DNA of 64,000 bases from Alphaproteobacteria bacterium (GCA_036394195.1 DASWFO010000199.1:6934-70933), one strand, 5' to 3'; counted from the first letter of the stretch, positions 8,834 through 18,446 are shown. Notes: generated from the letters alone by a model not told the origin. Numbers and translations are program-made.

Positions 8834-9457
8834 ATGAGCTGGAAACGGGGTTCGGAGTATTCGCAAGATCTGCGCGACATGGTGATCGAGACGCCCGGGT
8901 CGGTTCGCGAGGTGGCGAAGCGGTTTGGCGTAAGCCCGGCCTATGTATCGCGGGTCGTGACCCGGCTGCGCCTGACCGGTGGCCGCACGACGAAGCCGCG
9001 CGGCGGCCAACGCAAGCCGATCCTCGCCGGCCGGGAAGACGTCCTGCGCGCGCGCCTTGTCGAGCTTCCGGACACCACGTTGACCGAGCTGCAACGGTGG
9101 TTGATGGATACCCACGGGATCAAGATCTCGATCGGCGCGCTGTGGGGTTCATTGCGCCGGATGGGCTTCGGCACGCGCACGAGTCGCCGGCCCGAGGATG
9201 GCGCACGGCCGACAGCGTCGGAAGGCTTCGTGGCCACAATCGCCGCGCCATCGAAGCGGCCCTTCGTTGACACGCCGGTCACCTACGGCGCAGAGCTGCC
9301 GTCAAGTCTGCGCGAACTGGCACGCCTAGCCATGCAGCCGTCTGCCGAGGAATTCAGAGAGCCCGTGACGTCGATCCTGACAGAAGGTCAGCGTCGGGGA
9401 CCCGGTGAACAGGTCCGCGGTGTTTCACTGCAACCAAGGAGCATTCAGAATGAGTAG
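8834..9457 (+). mobile_element. IS630-family transposase N-terminal HTH fragment (second, diverged copy; C-terminal 80 aa unrelated, no DDE)
   Basis: The start MSWKRGSEYSQDLRDMVIETPGSVREVAKRFGVSPAYVSRVVTRLRLTGGRTTKPRGGQRKPILAGREDVLRARLVELPDTTLTELQRWLMDTHGIKISIGALWGSLRRMGFG aligns with the 3796-4194 product at roughly 65% aa identity. A GGAGGAG RBS is present. Confidence 0.65.
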
Positions 9458-9644
9458 CGTCTACGCGGCACAGCCGGCTTACACATGGCATTGGTCGAGC
9501 GCCAGCCAGGCGCGCCCGCAGCCGAATGCCGGCAGCAGCGGGCAGGGTGCGACAACCATCTCGTCGGGATCGCAGACAGCCCCGACCCAAGGCACCGCGT
9601 CTTCCGCCGGCTATCTCGGCCACTACGTCAACACGTCGGCATAA
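9450..9644 (+). CDS. Small hypothetical protein (64 aa), S/T/G/Q-rich
   Basis: An AAGGAG RBS sits 7 nt upstream of the ATG at 9450 (MSSVYAAQPAYTWHWSSASQARPQPNAGSSGQGATTISSGSQTAPTQGTASSAGYLGHYVNTSA). A hairpin (ACACAACC-gtcgag-GGTTGTGT) lies just downstream at 9669-9690. Confidence 0.35.
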   Translation: MSSVYAAQPAYTWHWSSASQARPQPNAGSSGQGATTISSGSQTAPTQGTASSAGYLGHYVNTSA

Positions 9645-9938
9645 CCATCGCCGTCGGTTGATCACGAAACACAACCGTCGAGGGTTGTGTGTTCGCGCGG
9701 CGGCGGTCGGCTCGAGCACGCCGGCCGCCGTTTCGCGTTGCTCATCGGGTTGGAAGCGTCCGCCGAGCATAACGTCGCGCATCCACTTGAAGTGAAACCG
9801 CTCTTGTTTCCAATCCAGGTGAAAAAAATAGAGCGCTTCAAGTCAATGTGAAGGAATTCGTCACCGCTCAATCTGAATGTTCTTAAATCGACTCCCGCGC
9901 AGTGATAGGTTCGAGCCCTCAACCAAAGGAGGTGCTCA

Positions 9939-10130
9939 ATGAACCACGTTTCGTATCTCACGGGCGGAGCGCTGGCCGTTATCGTGCTGCTGTCTGGTTG
10001 TGCATCGGAGATGCACAGTGAGATTCAGCAGAGATGTGCGACGGCGAGCGACCCGGTGGCGTGCCATACGCAAGCGCATTTGCAGATCGAAGAGCATGAA
10101 CGGGAGCGGATGCGCGAATCCGGGATGTAA
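9939..10130 (+). CDS. Small lipoprotein, family member 3 (VLLSGC lipobox; EIQQRCATASDPVAC motif)
   Basis: ATG at 9939 with an AAGGAGG RBS; MNHVSYLTGGALAVIVLLSGC. The downstream terminator is at 10209-10245. Confidence 0.6.
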   Translation: MNHVSYLTGGALAVIVLLSGCASEMHSEIQQRCATASDPVACHTQAHLQIEEHERERMRESGM

Positions 10131-10208
10131 GCCGGATCGGATGCGCGCCACTGGCGAACAGCAGCACGGCATCGCTCTTTAGGTTCGCTCTTCGGCGTAA
10201 GTCGAGAA

Positions 10209-10245
10209 AGCCGCCCCATTTCGGTGGGGCGGCTTTCGCGTTGTC
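10209..10245 (+). terminator. Rho-independent terminator
   Basis: The hairpin AGCCGCCCCA-tttcgg-TGGGGCGGCT is followed by TTCGCGTTGTC. Confidence 0.6.
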
Positions 10246-10342
10246 GGAGGCCGGTGGTGGGGTGCGTGTCAGGCGAGGGGGGAATATGTCCGGACGCCGC
10301 GAGGTCTTACGGCCATAGAACGTTTCCCCACCGGAACATCCC

Positions 10343-10633
10343 ATGGTCAAAGCCCGGCTTGGAATGGTGCTTGTCTTGTCCCTGGCGCTGGTTCACGGCG
10401 CGACAGCCGGTGCTCGTCTCGGCGTCTGCGCGGCGGCCGTGCAAAATGCCGAACGCGAAATCTCCGTGTGGCCGCGTTGCTTTTCGGCCGCCGGGTTGCG
10501 GCAGACCACGATGATTCGTCTGCGCGCGGCCGCGCGGGCCGCCAAATCAGGCGACGAGAACCTGTGCTGGGAACACCTCGTTCTGTCCGGATACAACGTC
10601 GATTGTCCATCGGCCGATAGGAATGGCTCGTAA
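10343..10633 (+). CDS. Small secreted protein, two-Cys family (paralog of 1498-1779 product)
   Basis: The signal peptide is MVKARLGMVLVLSLALVHGATA. It carries the shared motif IRLRAAARAAKSGDENLCW. Confidence 0.55.
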   Translation: MVKARLGMVLVLSLALVHGATAGARLGVCAAAVQNAEREISVWPRCFSAAGLRQTTMIRLRAAARAAKSGDENLCWEHLVLSGYNVDCPSADRNGS

Positions 10634-11004
10634 GAGCGGCCGGGCGGCGTCCGTCAGGGCAACGGCCGCTCCAAGCCGATAAAGCGGACAATCCAGGTCC
10701 ACCACCGGCGCGCCGGTGGTCAGTCCGGGAATGCACTTCATTTTGTCAGGCGAAATCTGGCTAAAGCCTCATCGCGGTCGGCTCGCCGATGGCAAGCCTT
10801 TTGCTTGTCTTCCCGCGCGCGTGTCGCATTCGAACGCTTGTCGGTCCCTGAGCACTTGTCGAATCCGTTGGAAGTTTGCTGTTCCTGCCACTGATCGCGG
10901 TGTTTCTTGTGATGGACGTCACAGGGTCGCTTGTCATCGTCGGCCCCCGGGACCATTTAGCGGCGAACGCCGAACGCCAACTCCGTCTCGCGAGCAGTGT
11001 TCTT

Positions 11005-14000
11005 ATGGGTATCGTCCGCTTCGCTCTGCGCTTTCCGCACACCTTCTATGTGATGGCGGCACTGATTCTTTTTCTGGGAATCAGCGCGGTCACCACGACG
11101 CCGAAGGACATCTTTCCGAGCGTCAACATACCCGTGGTCAGCGTCATCTGGCAGTACACGGGGTTGACGCCGCAGGAGATGGAGCAGCGGATCACGACGT
11201 ACAGCGAATATTCCATCAGCTCCAACGTCAACGACATCAAGAATATGGAATCGGAAACGCTCGAAGGCATTTCCGTCGAGAAGATCTTTTTCCAGCCGAC
11301 CGTCAACATAGACCTGGCTGTCAGCCAGATCGTCTCGGCCAGCAATGCGATCCGCGCGTTGATGCCGGCGGGCGTCCAGCCGCCGATCGTCGTCCAGTAC
11401 AACGCGTCCAGCGTGCCGGTGCTCCAGCTGAGCCTCAGCTCGGATCGGCTGAACGAGCAGCAGCTCTATGACTACGGCATTTACCGGATTCGGCAGGCCC
11501 TCGCCCCGATCCAGGGGATCACCCTGCCGACCCCCTATGGCGGCAAATACCGGCAGATCATGGTCGATCTCGACACGCAGGCGCTGCGCGCGCAGGGGCT
11601 TACGCCCAACGACGTGGTGAATGCCGTCAACGCGCAAAGCCTGACCTTGCCGTCAGGCGACGCGAAGCTGGGGGATAAGCAATTCATCGTCAGCACGAAC
11701 GCAAACGCGCCAACGATCGACGCGCTCAACGACGTTCCGGTCCGGCAGGTGGGTCCAACCACCGTTCGCCTCAGCGATGTTGCGCATGTGCGCGACGGCT
11801 GGGCGGTGCAGCAGAACATTGTGCGCGCCGACGGACGCCGCTCGGTGCTGCTGACGATCATCAAGAGCGGCGACGCGTCGACGCTCGACGTCGTCAACCG
11901 CGTCAAGGCCGCCCTGCCCGACATCCAGAAGGCGGCGCCGCCGGGAATGAACATCCAGATGCTGTTTGACCAGTCTGTGTTCGTTCAATCGGCGATCGAC
12001 AGCGTGCTGCGCGAAGGGGCCATCGCCGCGGGCCTCACAGCGCTGATGATCCTTGTGTTCCTGGGATCGTGGCGCTCCACGCTCATCGTCATGGTCTCGA
12101 TTCCGCTGTCGATTCTGACGTCGATCGTCGTGCTGGCCGCACTTGGCCAGACGCTCAACACCATGACCCTCGGCGGCCTGGCCCTCGCCGTCGGCATCCT
12201 GGTCGACGATTCGACGGTCACGATCGAGAATACCCACCGGCTGTTCGAGGAAGGCGTTCAGTTCGATAAGGCCGTGCTCGAGGGTGCCGCCGGGATCGCC
12301 GTGCCGACCCTGATCTCCACCCTGGCCATCTGCTGCGTCTTCGTCGCCTTGTTCTTTCTCCAGGGAGCGCCTCGGTATCTGTTCACACCGCTCGGCATGG
12401 CGGTCGTGTTCGCCATGCTCGCGTCATACATGATCTCGCGCACGCTGACGCCGGTGATCATCCGCGTGCTGCTGCGCGGCGAGCAGGCCGCGCACGCGGG
12501 CGGGGGCGGCGGCCCGCTCGCGCGCTTTCACGATGGATTCAACCAGCGCTTCGATCGGTTCCGGGAGTTCTACGGCTGGCTGCTGCAAGGCGTGCTTCGC
12601 CGGCGGCTCCTGACGCCCGCGGTCGCCGGCAGCGTGGTGGCAGCCGCGGTCGCATTGTCGTTCTTCGTCGGGACGGATTTCTTTCCGCAGGTCGATGCCG
12701 GGCTCATTCAGATTCACGTGCGCGCGGCGCCGCGGACGCGCATCGAGCGGACCGAGCAAATCTTCCAGGCGGTCGAGAACGAAATCCGTCGCCAGATTCC
12801 CACACGGGACCTCGGGCCGATCCTGGACAACATCGGCATCCCGGCGCGCCTCTACAATCTGGCCTTTACCGACGGCACGATCACGGGCGTCAATGACGGC
12901 CAGATCCTGATCTCCCTGAAGGAGGGCCATGCGCCGACGGCGGATTATATCCGCAAGCTCCGTCTAGAGCTCCACCAGGCGTTCCCTGATGTGCTGTTCT
13001 ATTTCCAGCCCGCCGATATCGTGACGCAGATCCTGAATTTCGGCATCCCGTCGCAGGTCGACGTCCAGGTGCAAGGGCAGGACCGCGCCGGCAATATCGC
13101 CGTGGCCCAGGAGCTGCGGCGGCGGATGGCAGCTGTACCGGGGGTGGTCGATGGCCATGTCCAGCAGGAACTCGATGCGCCGCAGATGTACTACACCATC
13201 GACCGGACGCGCGCGCAGCAGCTCGGCCTGTCGCTGGTCAGCATCGCCAACAACCTCAATGTCAGCCTGAGCTCCTCCGAGCAGGTGACGCCGAACTTCT
13301 GGAGCGATCCGGTATCGGGAATTCCGTATTACCTGACCGTCCAGACGCCCGAATACCGAGTCGCCAGCATGAACGACGTCAACAATACCCCCCTGTCGAC
13401 CGCTGCCGCCGTGCAGGCGCCCGTCCCGAACGTGCTGGGCAACGTCGCCCGGGCGGAGCGCCGCGCGGTGGAGTCCGTCTACAACCACTCGAACATCCAG
13501 CCGGTCTACGACGTCTATGCCAATGTGCAGGCGCGCGACCTCGGCAGCGCCGCGCGTGCGATCGAGACGATCGTGCATGACCTGCAGGGGCAGATGAAAC
13601 CCGGTAATCGGATCGTCGTGCGCGGTCAGATTGACAGCATGCACTCCGCCTTCGGCAACCTGACCATCGGTCTGATCTTCGCCGCGGTCTTCGTCTACCT
13701 GCTCATGGTGGTGAACTATCAGAGCTTTCGCGACCCGTTCGCGGTCATCCTGGCGTTGCCGGGGGCCGCGAGCGGCATCGTGCTCATGCTCTTCGTCACG
13801 AGCACGGCGATCAGCGTGCCGTCGCTGATGGGCGCCATCATGTCGGTGGGCGTCGCGTCGGCCAACTCGATTCTGCTGGTGACCTTCGCCCGCGAGCTGC
13901 GGGCGGAGGGCCTGAGCGCCGTGGAGGCCGCCCTCGTGGCCGGCAAGACCCGGCTGCGCCCCGTGCTCATGACCGCGGCGGCTATGGTCGTCGGCATGAT

Positions 14001-14190
14001 CCCGATGGCGATCGGCGGCGCCGGCGAGGAGCAGAACGCGGTGCTGGCGCGCGCGGTCATCGGCGGGGTCCTGGTCGGAACCATGACGACACTGCTGTTC
14101 GTCCCGTACCTCTACTCGCTGATCGGCCGAGGCGACCGCGGCGGCTCGTCCGATCCAGCATTGTCGCCCGCGGAAGGAGCCTCGCTATGA
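11005..14190 (+). CDS. Efflux RND transporter permease subunit (AcrB/HAE1-like; TM4 GILVDDSTVTIEN)
   Basis: 1061 aa with 12-TM topology and large periplasmic loops. The AcrB-type DD motif in TM4 is present. The probable start is MGIVRFALRFPHTFYV at 11005; the listed ORF begins at 10876. Confidence 0.9.
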   Translation: MGIVRFALRFPHTFYVMAALILFLGISAVTTTPKDIFPSVNIPVVSVIWQYTGLTPQEMEQRITTYSEYSISSNVNDIKNMESETLEGISVEKIFFQPTVNIDLAVSQIVSASNAIRALMPAGVQPPIVVQYNASSVPVLQLSLSSDRLNEQQLYDYGIYRIRQALAPIQGITLPTPYGGKYRQIMVDLDTQALRAQGLTPNDVVNAVNAQSLTLPSGDAKLGDKQFIVSTNANAPTIDALNDVPVRQVGPTTVRLSDVAHVRDGWAVQQNIVRADGRRSVLLTIIKSGDASTLDVVNRVKAALPDIQKAAPPGMNIQMLFDQSVFVQSAIDSVLREGAIAAGLTALMILVFLGSWRSTLIVMVSIPLSILTSIVVLAALGQTLNTMTLGGLALAVGILVDDSTVTIENTHRLFEEGVQFDKAVLEGAAGIAVPTLISTLAICCVFVALFFLQGAPRYLFTPLGMAVVFAMLASYMISRTLTPVIIRVLLRGEQAAHAGGGGGPLARFHDGFNQRFDRFREFYGWLLQGVLRRRLLTPAVAGSVVAAAVALSFFVGTDFFPQVDAGLIQIHVRAAPRTRIERTEQIFQAVENEIRRQIPTRDLGPILDNIGIPARLYNLAFTDGTITGVNDGQILISLKEGHAPTADYIRKLRLELHQAFPDVLFYFQPADIVTQILNFGIPSQVDVQVQGQDRAGNIAVAQELRRRMAAVPGVVDGHVQQELDAPQMYYTIDRTRAQQLGLSLVSIANNLNVSLSSSEQVTPNFWSDPVSGIPYYLTVQTPEYRVASMNDVNNTPLSTAAAVQAPVPNVLGNVARAERRAVESVYNHSNIQPVYDVYANVQARDLGSAARAIETIVHDLQGQMKPGNRIVVRGQIDSMHSAFGNLTIGLIFAAVFVYLLMVVNYQSFRDPFAVILALPGAASGIVLMLFVTSTAISVPSLMGAIMSVGVASANSILLVTFARELRAEGLSAVEAALVAGKTRLRPVLMTAAAMVVGMIPMAIGGAGEEQNAVLARAVIGGVLVGTMTTLLFVPYLYSLIGRGDRGGSSDPALSPAEGASL

Positions 14191-15569
14191 TGGATGGCAA
14201 CCAGTCCACGCCCGACCCGGCGCCGGCGTCGGGCCGCCTCGGCCTCGGCCACGAGGTCGCTGAGGCTCCCGGGCAAGAAGAGTCGCCGGAGCTGGAGGGA
14301 CGGCGTCGCCGCACCGCACGCATTCTGGGGGCGACCGCTGTCGCGGTCGTGACGCTGCTCGTCGCCGTCGGCGCCTGGGGGCATATACAGACCCGGGCGA
14401 AAGCGCTGGCGGAGCTGGCCCAGGAGCGCGATACGGTCCCCACGGTACGAACGATCACGGCGGCCGCGGTCGACACCCCGCGACAGCTGGACCTGCCGGC
14501 CACGCTCCAGGCGTTCAACAGCTCGACACTGTATGCGCGGGCAACCGGCTATATCGCCAAGCGTGAGGTCGATATCGGCAGTCCCGTGCATGCCGGCGAT
14601 TTGCTCGCGCTCATTGCCGCACCCGACCTAGATCAGCAGCTCGCCCAGGCGCGTGCGCAGCTCGCCCAGACCGATGCGTCGCTGGTCGCGGCACGGGCCG
14701 CCCTGCAGCAGGCACGGGCGAACCAGGACCTCGCCAACGTGACCAATCAGCGCTACGCGAAGCTCGCCCCACAGGGCTACGCCTCGCAACAGGAGGCGGA
14801 CAACGCGCGCCTCACGCTGGCCGCGCGCAATGCTGACGTGCAGAACGGCCAGGCCGCCGTCGACGTGGCCGACGCCAACGTGAACGCGCAAGCCGCCAAT
14901 GTGTCGCGGCTTGAACAGCTCACCAGTTTCGAGCGGGTGACGGCTCCGTTCGATGGCGTCGTGAGCGCGCGGCAGGTCGAGGTTGGCGATCTCGTCACCG
15001 CGGACGCCTCGACCGGCACGCCCCTGTTCTCGGTCGCCCGGACCAACGTCCTGCGGGTCCAGATCTACGTCCCGCAGGATGCGGTGTTTGGCCTGAAGGA
15101 CGGCGATACGGCGCAGGTCCTGGTGCCGGAGATGCCGGGCCGGATATTCCGCGGCACGATCGCGCGCAACGCCAACGTCCTGCAGGCCGGGACCCGCACG
15201 CTGCTCACCGAGATCGACATCGACAACGGCGAGGGCGTGCTCAGGGCGGGTATCTACGGCATCGTCCGGCTGTCGATTCCACGCCAGACGCCGGAGATCG
15301 TGTTGCCGTCCGAGGCGGTCATCTTCGACCACAACGGGCTGAGTGCCGCGGTCGATGACAACGGCATCGTCCGGGTACGGCACATCGAGTTGGCCGAGGA
15401 TAATGGCGCCCAGGTGGTCGTTCGCGCCGGTCTCAATCCGGGCGATCGCGTCATCGTCAGCCCGCCCGTCGATGCCGCCGACGGCATGCGCGTCCAGACG
15501 AGCGACACGGATCGGAAAGTAGCCGCGAGCTCCGCTCCACCGATGGAAGCGGTCGGCAAGGACAAATGA
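14187..15569 (+). CDS. Efflux RND periplasmic adaptor (membrane fusion protein, HlyD/AcrA family)
   Basis: The ATG overlaps the permease stop (ATGA). It has an N-terminal TM anchor, a coiled-coil hairpin (LAQARAQLAQTDASLVAARAALQQARANQ) and beta-barrel/lipoyl motifs. Confidence 0.85.
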   Translation: MMDGNQSTPDPAPASGRLGLGHEVAEAPGQEESPELEGRRRRTARILGATAVAVVTLLVAVGAWGHIQTRAKALAELAQERDTVPTVRTITAAAVDTPRQLDLPATLQAFNSSTLYARATGYIAKREVDIGSPVHAGDLLALIAAPDLDQQLAQARAQLAQTDASLVAARAALQQARANQDLANVTNQRYAKLAPQGYASQQEADNARLTLAARNADVQNGQAAVDVADANVNAQAANVSRLEQLTSFERVTAPFDGVVSARQVEVGDLVTADASTGTPLFSVARTNVLRVQIYVPQDAVFGLKDGDTAQVLVPEMPGRIFRGTIARNANVLQAGTRTLLTEIDIDNGEGVLRAGIYGIVRLSIPRQTPEIVLPSEAVIFDHNGLSAAVDDNGIVRVRHIELAEDNGAQVVVRAGLNPGDRVIVSPPVDAADGMRVQTSDTDRKVAASSAPPMEAVGKDK

Positions 15570-17020
15570 CGGAGGGGCGAACATCAAACTCCTGGTTACG
15601 GCTGGCGGTTCCACTCCTCGCGGCGGCCTTGCTTGCCGCGTGCGATATCGGGCCGGACATGAAGCAGCCCGTCGTGGCCGAGCCGCCCGCCTGGCGTGAA
15701 TCGGCGGCGCAGTCCGCTGCCTGGCCGTCGGCCGACTGGTGGCAGGGCTTCGGCTCGGCAGAGCTCGACGGCTTGATCGCCGAGGCGCAGCAGGCAAATT
15801 ATGACCTCGGCGCCGCGGTGGCTCGCATCCGGGAGGCCGACGCGCAGGCCCGTGTCGCCGGTGCGGCTCTGCTGCCGACGGTCGATGCCGGTGGCTCTGT
15901 TTCCAGGCAGCGTGAGCTGTTTCCGCTCGGCCCCCAAGGGCAGACCATCACCTATAATGAATACCAGGTCGGACTGACCGCGTCTTACGAAATCGATTTC
16001 TGGGGCAAGAACCGGGCGGCGCTCAATGCCGCGAAGGCGACCGCGCTCGCCAGCCGCTACGACCAGCAGGTGGTGGCGTTGACGGTCGTCACCGCCGTCG
16101 CGACGAGCTATTTCCAGTTTATCGGGCTCGAGGATCGCCTCAAGGTGGCGCGCGAGAACCTCGCGACGGCGGAGGACGTGCTGAGGGTCATCGAGGGACG
16201 GAGGCAGGTGGGGACCGCCATGGACCTCGATGTGTCGCAGCAGCAGACCGTGGTAGCAAGCTTACGCGCCGCCATCCCGCCGCTCGAACAGCAGCTGTCG
16301 CAGACCCTTGATGCGGTGGCCATCCTCGTCGGCAGGGCTCCGGAGCAGGTGACGATCGCGGAGGCATCGCTTTATGATCTGTCGCTGCCCGCGGTTGCGC
16401 CCGGGCTGCCGTCTGAGCTGCTGGCGCGCCGCCCCGACATCGCCGAGGCCGAGGCGCAGCTGGTCTCGGCGAACGCCAACATCAAAGTTGCGCGGGCGCA
16501 GTTCTATCCGAGCGTCGACCTGACGGCCTCAGGCGGGTTTGCGAGTCTGGCCTTGCGCTCCCTCTTCACCGGTCCGGGCGCGGTGTGGAGTGTCGCGGGG
16601 TCGTTCACGCAGCCCATCTTCGAAGGCGGCCGTCTCAAGGGACAGCTGGAGTTTACGAAGGCGCGCTACGACGAGCTCGTCCAGAACTATCGCAAGGCGG
16701 TCCTCTACGCCTTCGGCAACGTGGAGGACGCGCTGGCGGCGATCCGCCGGACGGGCGAGCAACAGGCGGCCCAGGAGCAGACGGTCGCCGAGGCGCGACG
16801 CTCCTTGGAGATCGCCCGGAGCCGCTACCAGATCGGGCTCACCGATCTTCTGACCGTTCTCAATACCGAAAACGCCTTGTTCCCGGCCGAGGACACGCTG
16901 GTGCAGGTGCGGCTCGCCCACATGCAGGCCCTGGTCAGCCTGTTCAACGCGCTCGGCGGCGGTTGGCAGGCGCCGACCGGCTCCGGCTTCTCGGCCGCCG
17001 CCGCCCGGGAGAAGTCGTGA
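15566..17020 (+). CDS. Efflux transporter outer membrane factor lipoprotein (NodT/OprM family)
   Basis: The ATG overlaps the MFP stop. The lipobox is LLAACDIGP, with typical OMF repeats and a C-terminal ...LFNALGGGW. Confidence 0.85.
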   Translation: MTEGRTSNSWLRLAVPLLAAALLAACDIGPDMKQPVVAEPPAWRESAAQSAAWPSADWWQGFGSAELDGLIAEAQQANYDLGAAVARIREADAQARVAGAALLPTVDAGGSVSRQRELFPLGPQGQTITYNEYQVGLTASYEIDFWGKNRAALNAAKATALASRYDQQVVALTVVTAVATSYFQFIGLEDRLKVARENLATAEDVLRVIEGRRQVGTAMDLDVSQQQTVVASLRAAIPPLEQQLSQTLDAVAILVGRAPEQVTIAEASLYDLSLPAVAPGLPSELLARRPDIAEAEAQLVSANANIKVARAQFYPSVDLTASGGFASLALRSLFTGPGAVWSVAGSFTQPIFEGGRLKGQLEFTKARYDELVQNYRKAVLYAFGNVEDALAAIRRTGEQQAAQEQTVAEARRSLEIARSRYQIGLTDLLTVLNTENALFPAEDTLVQVRLAHMQALVSLFNALGGGWQAPTGSGFSAAAAREKS

Positions 17021-17156
17021 GTTCAAGAGGGCGCGAGCGGACCTAAATCGCGGAACCTTTTGGCGCCGAAAACCTTTGTTGCTGTACCTGGGGTCCCGCG
17101 GATCCGGGCTCCCGGTGTATTTGGCCGCATTCCGCCCTTATCGTCGCAGCCATCTC

Positions 17157-18446
17157 ATGCAGCTTCACCTCGATCCAGTCGGCGGCATCGCCGGCGACAT
17201 GTTTATCGCCGCCGTGCTCGATGCGTTTCCGGAGCAAGAACCGGGGCTGATGGCCAGTCTCCGTGCCGCGCTCGGTGGCCGTGTGGCCGCGCGAGTGCGC
17301 CGGCATCGCGACGCGGTGCTGGAGGGCGCGACGTTTGAGGCGGACGACGCGGGCGAGTCCGGGCGGCACGGCCATTCGGCCGCCGATCCCCATGCGCATA
17401 CCAGCTGGGCCCAGATCCGTGGCACTCTTCTGGCCTCGACGCTCGATCCTTCGGTCAAGCGCGAAGCGGTCGCGATCTTCACCTTGCTCGCCGAGGCGGA
17501 GGGCAAGGTCCACGGCGTCGAGCCGGAAATCGTCGCCTTTCACGAGGTTGGCGCGGTCGATTCCATCGCCGACATCGTCGGTGCTGCGCATCTCATCGTG
17601 TCGCTCGCCGCCACGCGTTGGACCGTCGGCCCGCTGCCGCTCGGGGCCGGCCGCGTGCGCACCGCCCATGGCCTATTGCCTGTGCCGGTCCCGGCGACGG
17701 TGCTGTTGCTGCAAGGCTTCCTCACCCAGGACGACGGCATCGCCGGTGAGCGCGTGACGCCCACCGGTGCTGCGATCGTGCGTCGACTCTGTGCGCCTGC
17801 TGCGGGCACGGCAGAGCGCGGGAACCCCGAGTGCCAGACCGCGGCGCCCCGCCGTCTCCTGCGCAGCGGCATCGGCTTTGGCACCCGTACCCTGCCAGGC
17901 ATCAGCAATTGCCTGCGCGTATTCGCCTTCGACGAAGCCGCCGGGCCCGTCGACACGCCGGTCGCGAATCATCGCGAGCTGGCGGTCATCGAGTTCGAGG
18001 TCGACGATCAGTCGGCCGAAGACCTTGCCATGGGGCTCGACCGGCTGCGTGCGCGCGAGTCCGTGCTCGACGTCGTGCAGATGCCCGTCTTCGGCAAGAA
18101 GGGCCGGATGATGACCCATGTCCGGCTGCTCGCCCGCGCCACGGCGCTGGACGACGCCGTCGCGGCCTGCTTCCGCGAGACCACGACCATCGGCCTTCGC
18201 CACCGCCTGGTCGCTGGCGCAGCACTCAAGCGACGCATCGACGAAGTCGAGCTCGGCAATCGCGTCGTGCGCGTCAAGACGGTCGAGCGCCCGGGTGGCC
18301 GGACAGCCAAGGCCGAGGCTGACGATCTCGTGGCCGCCGCGAGCCAGGCCGAGCGGGCCCGGCTGCGCCACAACGCCGAACAGCGGGCCCTCGACGTGCT
18401 GACACCGGCACGCACAGAATCCGCTGCCGCGGAGAGCGAGGAATGA
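17157..18446 (+). CDS. larC: Nickel-pincer cofactor biosynthesis protein LarC (DUF111 nickel insertase)
   Basis: The N-terminus MQLHLDPVGGIAGDMFIAAVLDAFPE matches the LarC/DUF111 signature. Length is about 430 aa. The listed ORF starts upstream at 17076. Confidence 0.8.
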   Translation: MQLHLDPVGGIAGDMFIAAVLDAFPEQEPGLMASLRAALGGRVAARVRRHRDAVLEGATFEADDAGESGRHGHSAADPHAHTSWAQIRGTLLASTLDPSVKREAVAIFTLLAEAEGKVHGVEPEIVAFHEVGAVDSIADIVGAAHLIVSLAATRWTVGPLPLGAGRVRTAHGLLPVPVPATVLLLQGFLTQDDGIAGERVTPTGAAIVRRLCAPAAGTAERGNPECQTAAPRRLLRSGIGFGTRTLPGISNCLRVFAFDEAAGPVDTPVANHRELAVIEFEVDDQSAEDLAMGLDRLRARESVLDVVQMPVFGKKGRMMTHVRLLARATALDDAVAACFRETTTIGLRHRLVAGAALKRRIDEVELGNRVVRVKTVERPGGRTAKAEADDLVAAASQAERARLRHNAEQRALDVLTPARTESAAAESEE

